Assembly (NCBI RefSeq): GCF_006345805.1
Contig: NC_042999.1
Span: forward strand, 168,950,001-169,014,000
Direction of reading: 5' to 3'
Source of the DNA: Octopus sinensis
Taxonomy: Eukaryota
Length of the DNA: 64,000 nucleotides
This document shows positions 53,521 through 64,000 of this stretch, piece by piece. The position numbers were made by a program, and so were the translations under genes. The notes under the pieces were generated by a model. It ran no database searches, was not told the origin of the DNA, and was given only the letters and a program-made list of their open reading frames with translations. Each line of letters starts with the position of its first letter. Within the stretch, counting starts at the first letter, position 1.

Positions 53521-53896
53521 GTGGAGGCGCAATGGCCCAGTGGTTAGGGCAGCAGACTCGCGGTTTCGATTCCCAGACCGGGCGTTCTGAGTGTTTATCG
53601 AGCGAAAACACCTAAAAAGTTCCACGAGGCCCCGGCAGGGGATGGTGGTGATCCCTGCTGTACTCTTTCACCACAACTTTCTCTCGCTCTTACTTCCTGT
53701 TTCTGTTGTACCTGTATTTCAAAGGGCCGGCCTTGTCACTCTCTGTGTCACGCTGAATATCCCCGAGAACTACGTTAAGGGTACACGTGTCTGTGGAGTG
53801 CTCAGCCACTTACACGTTAATTTCACGAGCAGGCTGTTCCGTTGATTCGGATCAACCGGAACCCTCGTCGTCATAACCGACGGAGTGCTTCCATCC
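53521..53896 (+). mobile_element. SINE family B
   Basis: Near identical to 22964-23349. Confidence 0.9.
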
Positions 53897-54260
53897 ATCT
53901 AGGGACAGATTACCTTTGTTGGTGCTGCAGCTGCTGTTTTTGGTAGTGATGGGATCAGCAAGTGTATTCATTTCCTGTCTTTCCTTTGCTGTGGACAAAG
54001 GGCCTTTAGGTTATTTTGTCACTGCACAAGTAACACCTCAGCCTTCTGCCCTCAACAGCCATATGAAGCTTTGTGCCACAAGATAGGGTTGTTAAGTCTG
54101 GGATTGCTTTGATGCTTTGCTGATCTGCCTCTATTAATAAATCAGTTCCCTCTCCCAACCAGTTCTGCTTCTGCAATCTCTGTGTCTGTGGAATAATGGT
54201 TTTCTGTTCTATGTTGAAGAGAACTGTTGCCAACAACCAGTGATGTTGATTTCTGGAGGC

Positions 54261-54642
54261 ATACTCTTTTACTTGTTTCAGTCATTTGACTGCGGCCATG
54301 CTGGAGCACCACCTTTAGTCGAGCAAATCGACCCCGGGACTTATTCTTTGTAAGCCCAGTACTTATTCTATCGGTCTCTTTTGCCGAACCGCTAAGTGAC
54401 GGAGACGTAAACACACAAGCATCGGTTGTCAAGCAATGCTAGGGGGACAAACACACACACACATATATATATACATATATACGACAGGCTTCTTTCAGTT
54501 TCCATCTACCAAATCCACTCACAAGGCATTGGTCGGCCCGGGGCTATAGCAGAAGACACTTGCCCAAGATGCCACGCAGTGGGACTGAACCCGGAACCAT
54601 GTGGTTGGTTAGCAAGCTACTTACCACACAGTCACTCCTGCG
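54261..54642 (-). mobile_element. SINE family A
   Basis: Similarity to other copies. Confidence 0.88.
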
Positions 54643-55089
54643 CATGTTTATTTTTATTTTAAAGACCCTTCGACCAAGGTAAATGGGGACGAGAAACAGT
54701 TCATTATTTGTTAGGGTGTCTGTCAAGTGCCTTTTGGCCTCATTCTCTGAGACAAACCTCACTTCTACAGTTCTGTATTTTTTCCCTTAACTATGTACGT
54801 TTTGGTGTTCCAAGTTGGTCGAAAACATTTCTCTATCTGCCGGTGTGTTGCTTGCTCCTATAGTTTTGTATAGAACTGTCAGCAAATTGGTTTATTGCTG
54901 GACAGATCTAGGTATGTTCACATTTTGCCCACATTTCTCCAAAACTAGATTTTGCTCTTTTTAATCTGTTTAAATGTAAAAAAAATTCTGCCATTTACCA
55001 CATTGCACCAGTGAAACTGCTAGCAGCAAATTTGCATGTCTTATTTTTGTTGGGTCTTTTTTATGCCCTATAAATCTACAAACAAAGCA

Positions 55090-55462
55090 GTTTATAATCT
55101 ATAAATGAAGCAGACAAAGAGAATAGAAAGTGCCAAGTGATAAGAAAGTCCGAAATGATGAGAAAGTCAATATGAGAGGTATAAAGAAAATAGGAAAATA
55201 CCAAGTGAGTAACAGAGGCTGTGGAAAGTGCAGGTAAAATGTATCCCTGCAGTTATTGGGAACTATCTCTAAAGATTTGAACAGATGGATAGAGGGAAAA
55301 GGCATAAAATCTAGTTTAGTGCAGCTCCAGAAAACAATATTATTAGGGACAGTTAGGATACTTAGGAAGGTTTTTGGCTTCTAAGGTTACTTGTTGTAGT
55401 CTAATGTTAGGAATTTTTCCCAATAGTCTTCTCTGTAGTACATAAATGAAATAACAATAATA
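55090..55462 (+). mobile_element. R4/Dong-like LINE extreme 3' end
   Basis: LQKTILLGTVRILRKV* then short UTR and AATAAC/AATAAT tail. Confidence 0.7.
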
Positions 55463-58400
55463 TTTTCAAAGGAGGGACATAACTCTTCACAAATAGAGCA
55501 CGATATGATTGTAATAGATGTTTTATTAGTTGAATGATATTTCAACAGCTAACCTGTTCAGAATGGAAAGTGATACATAGAAATTCAAATTCAAAATTTG
55601 AACAGGGCAACCAGTGTTCCCATCAGTTTTCAATTTTCAAGTTTACAACTGGCAAAAAGAAAAAAAAGAAAAAAGAAAAGGAAAAAGAATATTTAATCAA
55701 ACAATTTTGTGTAAATACAATGAAATTCTCCTGTCATTTCATTCATCCCTCCAGGGTGTAATGTTAATAACTCACAAACATATTTCTCCTCATGCATTTT
55801 GAGGACAAAATGCGTTGCAGATTCAAAATATTTTCTGAGAATATGCACTTTCAAGTCTTCTTCATAATTGCAGCTGTTTGATGTAAAATGTTCAGCAAGT
55901 TCTTTAGAACTACTGTCATTGTACCTCACATCATATTTGTGTCCATTGAATCTTTTGTTTAATTGTTCTGTTGTACATAAAACAAGTTGTGTTTGGTGCT
56001 TTCTGCTGCATACACCAAATGGGAATCTCTACATGTCCCACTTTCCATGTAAATCATAACATTTCTGTTATGATTCCTGATGGAATCAACTTGACTCATG
56101 TTGCACAATGAACAGGGCTTACTTCTCTTGTGGCTGTTTTTCAAGGTACAGCATGCCAAAACTCCAATTTAGTTTTCTTGGAGTCAGAAGTAGAGGTTAA
56201 TAGTTCTCTTACATTTTTATTCTGTGTAAAGGCTACAATAGGTGGCTGAAGAAATATTTGCTTGAAATGAGGATATTTTTCCACATGCTGGTAACTTCCA
56301 TGTAGCACTTTTGAAATGCCAGCAAAATTTCGGTGCCAGTTAATTACTAAAGGAATTCTGTCAGATTGTAGGTGCTATTGTAACTATGGACAAAAGTGAG
56401 TACATTTCAGCTTGTGAATAAGTTTTAAGTGACAAAATTTCGTATGAAGAATTACCTGTCAATTCAAACCCCAATTACAGTGAGGAACTTGATAAAATAA
56501 TTCTGGAAATGGAGGAAAACAATTTCATTAATAAGGCCAAATATAGGACTTTACAGTCAGAAAGAACACTTGTATTTTATGGTCTCCCCAAAATACACAA
56601 AAAGTTTGAAAGATTTGCTCCAATGTGTTCAATTTGCAGCTGATATGAATGTTGTACAACCAAAATTTCTGAGTGACTGGGTGGCTTTCTATTCTCTGTC
56701 ACAAAAATATCAAATTCTTATATTCAGGATACTTATAATTTTGTGTTTAAAATCAACAACTTTTTTAAGCGCTGAAGCCATGTTTTTTGATAATCGTGGA
56801 TGTTTCTTCTTTATATCCCAATATTGACCATGATGAAGGGCTAGAAGCATGCATGAATGCCTTCGGAAAATGGTCAAGCAAAAGTATTCCATCTAATTTT
56901 CTCTGTAGGCTATTGAGGTTTGTGTTACAAAGTAACACAATGAAGTTTGGACAAAAATTTTACCACCCGGCAAGGGGTTGCACCATGGTTAATTTCGCTT
57001 ATGTCTTCATGACAAAATTTGTGACACAGTTACTGAAGACATTCAAATCCATACATGGTCATGAACCAATATTCTGTTTATAGTTCATTGATGATGTCTT
57101 TTTTGTCTGGGAAGGATCACAGGATAGTTTAATTGACTTCTTGAATTTCTGTGACTGTTATGCTAAAATCTATGGCTTTAAGTCCAACATGTAGTATGTG
57201 GTCTCCAAGCTAAAATAGAAAGTTTTATAGAGTAATCTTCCTTTAATAAGTTTCTCAAAACATCTACGTCATGAGAAGTAATTCTTAATTATTCAAGAAG
57301 CTTCGCATTTCTCTTGGAAGTTTCTAGAATGTCTAGCATTCCATTAATAAAAACAGCTTGCTTGCTCTGCTCTTTGCTTCTTAGTCGAATAGACTCTGAG
57401 CCATTCATGTCGTTACTATGCCTGTCTATTTCTCTATGCCACATGACTGAAAACCACCTCTTAGCTATTATTTCTATATCTCTGAACTTTCTTGCATAGA
57501 TTACTTCATTCTACTAGATTCTGCATTTTGATTATGTTTCATTGACAACCAATGAATAAGATATATTTTTATGTAGTAAATATATAGTTCTTAAATTTAT
57601 TCTTCTTCTCTGTAAGAATTCTTCTAATAATTTACACACAGCCATTTCATTACTTGATATTAAACATATATCATCACTGCAAACATAAAAATTTATGTCT
57701 AGTTTTCAAAAAGTAATGTTGAATTTTTGAACACAAAAGTTAAGTTTTCTCAAGGCAAAATAGTGACAAAGCTATTTTGCAAGCCCACATCATCCCACGT
57801 TTACCTCCACTGCCGCTCCGATCATCAACATCATATAATTCAATCAAATTCGAAATCCCAATTTTTGAGGACAAAACAGATTTGTACTGATATAGGGGAT
57901 TACTGGAAACATGCAAATGCTTTTGTATACCATTATGTCAAATGCAGTTACAGTGAATCACAGTTAAAGGAAATTGTGAATGACATAGGTAAGATTAGCA
58001 AGGAAAGTCAAACTTTCATGCATAATTTTAGCAAACGAACAATATGTGATAGAATTCCTTTAGTGGCACCGAAATTTTGCTGGCATTTCAAAAGTGTTGC
58101 ATGAAAGTTCCTAGCATGTTGCAGAAAAATGTCCTCGTTTCAAACATATTTCCTCAGCCACCTACTGTAGTCTTTACACGGAATAAAAAATATAAGAGAA
58201 CTTTGACCTCTAGTTCTATCTCCAAGAAAACTAACATTGGAGTTTTGGCATGCTGTACCTTGAAAAACAGCCACAAGAGAAGTAAGCCCTGTTCATTGTG
58301 CAACAACATAAGTCAAGTCAATTCTATTAGGAATCATAACAGAAATGTTATGATTTACATGGAAAGTGGGACATGTAGAGATTCCCATTTGGTGTATGCA

Positions 58401-59022
58401 GCAGAAAGCACCAAACACAACTTGTTTTATGTACAACAGAACAATTAAACAAAAGATTCAATGGACACAAATATGATGTGAGGTACAATGACAGTAGTTC
58501 TAAAGAACTTGCTGAACATTTTACATCAAACAGCTGCAATTATGAAGAAGACTTGAAAGTGCATATTCTCAGAAAATATTTTGAATCTGCAATGCATTTT
58601 GTCCTCAAAATGCATGAGGAGAAATATGTTTGTGAGTTATTAACATTACACCCTGGAGGGATGAATGAAATGACAGGAGAATTTCATTGTATTTACACAA
58701 AATTGTTTGATTAAATATTCTTTTTCCTTTTCTTTTTCTTTTTTTCTTTTTGCCAGTTGTAAACTTGAAAATTGAAAACTGATGGGAACACTGGTTGCCC
58801 TGTTCAAATTTTGAATTTGAATTTCTATGTATCACTTTCCATTCTGAACAGGTTAGCTGTTGAAATATCATTCAACTAATAAAACATCTATTACAATCAT
58901 ATCGTGCTCTATTTGTGAGGAGTTATGTCCCTCCTTTGAAAATATTATTATTATTTCATTTATGTACTACAGAGAAGACTATTAGGAAAAATTCCTAACA
59001 TTAGACTACAACAAGTAACCTT
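55383..59022 (+). mobile_element. Degraded Penelope-like element with ~1 kb inverted terminal arms
   Basis: FYGLPKIHK, DVSSLYPNI, FIDDVF, KPTSSH.YL, SQFLR, GIY-YIG remnant; 55383-~56363 is the reverse complement of ~58048-59022. Confidence 0.88.
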
Positions 59023-59119
59023 GTCTGCTGCCTTTCATCCAGTTGAGTTCTGGGGTCAATGCAATCAACTTACCTCGCCCCAAAAATTGCTGGCCTTGTG
59101 CCAAAATTTGAAATAATAA

Positions 59120-59640
59120 TCCTTTCTACTAGAGGTAAAAGGTCTGAAATTTGAGGGGAGGGGGTTAGTTAATTACACTGACCCCAGTATTCAACTGGTA
59201 CTTATTTTATCAACCCCAAAAGGATGAAAGGCAAAGTCAACCTCGGTGGAATTTAAACTCAAAATGTAAAGACAGACAAGCATTTTGCCTGACATACTAA
59301 CAATTCTGCCAGCTTGCCGCTTTAATAATAATAATAATAATAATAATAATGATCTTTTCTACTATGGGCACAAGGCCTGAAATTTGGAGGAGGTGGCTAG
59401 TTGATTATATCAACCTCAGTACTCTACTGGTACTTCTTTCATTGACCCAGAAAGGATGAAAGGCAAATTGAACATTGGTGGAATTTCAACTCAGAATTTA
59501 AAGACATGAAATGCTGCTAAGCATTTTGCCTGGCATACTAACTATTCCGCCTTAATAATAATAATAATAATAATAATCCTGTCTACTAAAGGCAGAAGGC
59601 CTGAATGTGGGAGGGTGCTAGTTGATTCCAACTTTGTACT
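59120..59640 (-). mobile_element. Tandem SINE family C copies separated by (TAA)n
   Basis: Copies at 59120-59323 and 59352-59553; fragment from 59578. Confidence 0.75.
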
Positions 59641-61179
59641 CTCCAAAAGTGGAAATGTTTTGCATATGCAATGGAATTTTTCAGTCTGAAGAGATTCAGT
59701 TTAGAAAATTCCATTGTATTCATGTCAAAGAAAGTAGACCTGAATATTAGTTGAATGGGGTATCAATTCAAATTATTTATGGGTGTGACATATATCAAAA
59801 CTTCTCAGTTTTCACATAAAAGTACTTAATTATCTCTGCCAAAATGTCTGGAAATTGTAAGTAAAGTATCAACAAAGAATTTGACAAAAATTCAACAATT
59901 CTTAATATTTTCAACACTAATTATATGCAGCAAAAATTTAGCATTTTTCAAGTTTTGCAGAAAACAAGAAATTTTACATTTCACAATCACCAAACATGGA
60001 AATATTTTTTATGTAATATGTGCAGACTAACATTGTCAGGAATATCAGAATGCTACTTTTGTTCCAACAGAATCTTTTTATCTAAAATGATTATGTGTAT
60101 CATTAATAAAATTTCAGATTTTAATATTTGTGAATTTACTAGAAATTATTTTTTTCAAAAGAATCATATCATATGTTATCTACACTAATGAATATCAGTA
60201 TTTTTAACAATAATCAGTGCTGAATAATTTTTTAGAATGTTAGTATCAATTCGTGTTGAACTGAATCTTTCAATATGAAGAAATTTCACATGAATATCAA
60301 TGGAATGATGTAACATTGACTAGATTTTTCTGTAACCTCCTTTCTATTGTTCTTGGCATTAGCACTTAGAAATTTATGAGAACTAACTGTCATACTGAGA
60401 TAACTCTTATTGTTTTCCTAAAAATCTTAAGTTAATTTCAGTTCATTAGAGATAAACTCATTCACTTTCTTTTGTTCTCTGACCTACATTCAATTTTTTA
60501 CATGTGTAAATACAGAAGACTAAAAAGAATTTTTCTACTTTCATTAAGCAACTTTGCCAAGGGAACGTCTTCCTCTTTCATCTCTCTCTTTTGTTCAGCA
60601 TCTTCATTGAATGCACATCCCCTTTTTCACACAGTGCTTTGCTGGAGAAGCATGCTCTCTCCAAATGTTTTAGGACAGTTTGTTTTCGCTTCTAGACACA
60701 GCATGTCTTTCTGCTTCTAACATGCCTATCTCTCATTTCTACCTGATACTTGGCTGGAGGTGCATAGCTGCTGTTATTATCATTCTCTTACTACTATATA
60801 ACAGTCGACTCCTAACTACAGCATCTGTACACTGTCTCCAACAAGACAAATCAATGTAGTGCATGTTTTTGTTACATATGTAATGTAATGTGTGTGTTAT
60901 TAATTATTTGTGGGATTTGTTTGTATGAAGATATTTTGATAACAACACCAAGTTGGGACTGAGATTAATGTATCCGTGTATATATCATATACAGTCACTC
61001 ATGCATATACGGACATTTTCCTAACATTTATATATACATACACATACAAGTATACATGAATATGAAATTATACACATACATGCCAGCCTGTAGTTTCACG
61101 ATCCACTGTGAGTTCCAGATTCAACATAAGGAAGTTCCAGTTGTGGTGATTACATAAAGAAAGAACACAAATGGGTTGA

Positions 61180-61264
61180 AATTCACTACAGCTGTCTCAG
61201 GTGTGTTTTTTATTGAATAAACTGATTGCATCATGAAAAAAAAAACCTTTTCTTCAAGTGAATT
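61180..61264 (-). ncRNA. Degenerate type I hammerhead motif
   Basis: AATTCAC-TTGAAGA...AGGT/ACCT-GAGAC-AGCT-GTA-GTGAATT; two core substitutions. Confidence 0.5.
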
Positions 61265-61333
61265 AAAACTTAAAATTCAATTTATGATGAAAGTAAACAA
61301 AGTTTGCTTTAGAAGCATTGAGACGTATTAAAT

Positions 61334-61523
61334 GATACGAAAATAATTTATTCTCAAATGCATGATAATGCTAATACAATAGTATGAATAGGATAAACTT
61401 TCCATATATTGCAGAAAGATTCATGGCTGGTAACAAATTTTTCTGCAATATATGAATAGTTTATCCTGTTCATGATATTGTATTAGCATTATGATGCATT
61501 TGAGAATAAATTATTTCTGTATC
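61334..61523. repeat. Long imperfect inverted repeat (~85-bp arms)
   Basis: AAATAATTTATTCTCAAATGCAT...ATATATTGCAGAAA / TTTCTGCAATATAT...ATGCATTTGAGAATAAATTATTT. Confidence 0.9.
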
Positions 61524-61873
61524 TTTAAAACTTAAAATTTAATATTTGGTTCAGAAAAAATATCAAGATATGGAATGAAGAGAGTGAATCTGTACTAAAG
61601 CATAGTTGGATATAATATGGGGTGAGGGTCATAAACCTGTCAACAGATAAAGCTACACTAAATTATTTGTATTAAATAGATGGTGAGAGATAAAGTTAAG
61701 GGGATGACAGAAAGAAAAAAATTATAGGGTTGAGGTGGGAGACTATCAGTCTAGAATATTAGAGACAAATTTACTAGCTTCAAACTGCTAGACCATGAGA
61801 ACAGGATCAGTTATGATAACAAAAACTAACATACACACAAACACAAGCAAACATATGTATATATATATATATA

Positions 61874-62426
61874 CAGGGTCAGGCAAAATGATCTGACACA
61901 TTTGTAGGTTAAATAAAAGGCAAATGAAGTAAAGAAACAAAAAAGTTTTTACTTTTGAAAAGTACATATAATGCCATTTTGTTTCATTATGTTTTAAAAA
62001 TTAAATCAGTCAAATGGGATCCATTATTGTCCACACACTGTCGAAGGCGTTCACGAAAGTTGTCAATAACTCGGTGGGTCATTTCATGTGGAATGGCAGT
62101 AATTTCTTGACGAATTGCATCTTTAAGTTCTGGCGGTGCGAGGTCGGCCGGTTGATTTTCGTTTCAATGCAGATCCAGTAGCTCTGAAGTTGGTAACCCA
62201 TAACAAGATCGTGTTTCAAGCTGGTACGGGATCATGTCTACCAAGATTGAAGTGCAAATGGAACGCTCTTTGTGTTGCAGTTACAGAATCGTTTGTTTTG
62301 ATAAACGTTTACACAATAAAAGCGTGATGCTCACCAGTCCAATTCATGGCAGCAACTGAAAAAGAAACGAAAAACAATGCCTTTTATTTAACCTACAAAT
62401 GTGTCAGATCATTTTGCCTGACCCTG
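61874..62426 (-). mobile_element. Internally deleted Tc1/mariner-superfamily element (DUF4817-type HTH)
   Basis: ~39-bp perfect TIR CAGGGTCAGGCAAAATGATCTGACACATTTGTAGGTTAA; TA TSD; SVTATQRAF remnant. Confidence 0.85.
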
Positions 62427-62430
62427 TATA

Positions 62431-63893
62431 TCAGGTCATTAAGAATGAAATGTCGAATTTTAAACTGAAAGTTATTTTACTTTATCTGAACAAAAGCAAT
62501 GCATTTAATCAAAGTATGCACCAAAATTATCAACACAATTTTGCCATTTTATTTTTTTTCTACTGTAGGCACAAGGCCCAAAATTTATGGGGAAGGGGCC
62601 AGTTAATTAGATCGACCCCAGTACACAACTGGTACTTAATTTATCAGCCCCAAAAGGATGAAAGCAAAGTCAACCTCAGCGGAATTTGAACTCCAAATGT
62701 AAAGACAGACAAAATATCGTTACGCATTTCACCCTAACATTTCTGCCAGCTTGGCACCTTCAATTTTGCCATTTTATTGATAGCTTATTTATGCTAGCAG
62801 CAAAAAATTCTGGAGAGCAAGAGGTGATGAAATCATGAAAGGCTGCTTTTGCACCTTCTTCGGATTTGAAGTTTTTTCCTTGCAAAAAGTTGTCTAATGC
62901 CCGGAAAACATGATACTCAGTTGGTGCAGGGTCTGGTGAATATAGTGGATGACAGAGTACTTCCAAGTTCAGTTCCTATAATTTGAGTAGTGTTCTTTGT
63001 GCACCATGCGGTCAAGCATTGTCTTGCAAGAGAACTGGTCTGTTTCTATTGACCAATCATGATTGTTTAATTTCAAATTTACTCATTTCAGCCAATTGGC
63101 TGATGTATATATCCACTGTAATTGACTTACCAGATCTCATGAAGCTGTAGTGGATGGCACCAGTGCTGGACCACTAAACAGACACCATTAGCTTCTTTTG
63201 GATTGTGTTTAGCACTTCATTTCTATCCAACCACCCTGCAGAACTCTTGCTATTGTTGAAAAGAATCCATTTTTCATCACACGTTACAATAAGATGCAAA
63301 AATGGTTCACTTTTATGCTGTAACAGCAAAGAACAGTAAGTTTCAAGACAACATGTCATTTGATGCTCATTCAGTTCATGTGGTACCCACTTGTCTAGAT
63401 TCTTTACCTTGCCGATTTGTTTCAGATGGAATCAAAACATCAAACCTTGCTGCTAACTCATGTGTAGTTTGAGATGTATCCGCTTCCACTACAGTTTCCA
63501 GCTCATCATTATCCACCTTGGTCTCAGGTCTACCATGGGGTTGATTTTCAAGAGTAAAGTCACCAGACCGGAACTTCTCAAACCATGAACGTACAGTACG
63601 TTCATTTGCCACATTTTCACCAAACATCCCACTGATGCTTCAAGCTCTCTCGGATGCACTGGTTCTACAACAGAACTCATGTTCATAAACAACAGGAATT
63701 TTTCCATCAGTTCATAAAAATTGATTTAGAAGAGAAAACTCACAATGTAATCAGATACTGTGAATTGCATTTCGAAAAGTGATGTAACTCTTCAATGTTG
63801 TAAAACAAATAATTGTCAGAATAAATCATTAGAGTTAACTATTGTCAAACTTGGTGCATAAGAAAATTGGTCAGTTCATTCTTAATGACCTGA
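62431..63893 (-). mobile_element. Mariner element, decayed, with SINE C insert (62558-62760)
   Basis: TIR TCAGGTCATTAAGAATGAA; WFEKFRSG, IVTCDEKWI, HPLYSPDPAPTEYH. Confidence 0.9.
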
Positions 63894-63905
63894 TATATAC
63901 ATATA

Positions 63906-64000
63906 CTAGCAGTATAACCCAGCCTTGCCCGGGATTAAGTTACAATTATTAAGCTAATCAAGTTCTTTATTTCAAACCAAACTAGGTAATATCAACTCTC
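63906..64000 (-). mobile_element. Helitron 3' end
   Basis: CCCGGGCAAGGCTGGG hairpin then CTAG|T on the minus strand. Confidence 0.6.

Larger units (their letters stand above)
49560..54960 (-). mobile_element. Degraded L1/Tx1-clade LINE with nested SINEs and a GGT tract
   Basis: EN start MAVLRIGSINARGL at ~52258; VISETR; ADDIT; INQEKS; LLGVWLG; WAERKLSLKG; ORF1-like remnants at 53950-54900. Confidence 0.7.

Overview
AT-rich eukaryotic genomic DNA, very probably octopus or another coleoid cephalopod (inferred from the SINE families and TA/CA microsatellite load, not from a database search). It holds two intron-containing genes in head-to-head arrangement with start codons only 176 bp apart: PIN4/parvulin-14 (minus strand, 3 coding exons, 127 aa, 7717-27819) and GPALPP1 (plus strand, 6 coding exons, about 403 aa, 27996-47089). 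All exon boundaries were read by hand as GT-AG with consistent phase. The rest is mostly decayed transposons: RTE, CR1/L2, L1/Tx1 and R4/Dong LINEs, Penelope-like elements, Tc1/mariner, piggyBac, Merlin-like, Chapaev-like and Helitron elements, four SINE families, simple repeats and a 100-N gap. The most notable unannotated signal is a set of hammerhead ribozyme (HHR) motifs of several architectures. Two extended type I motifs have intact catalytic cores (3150-3248, and 35107-35233 in sense orientation inside a GPALPP1 intron). Also notable is a Penelope element with ~1 kb inverted arms that have copied flanking DNA.
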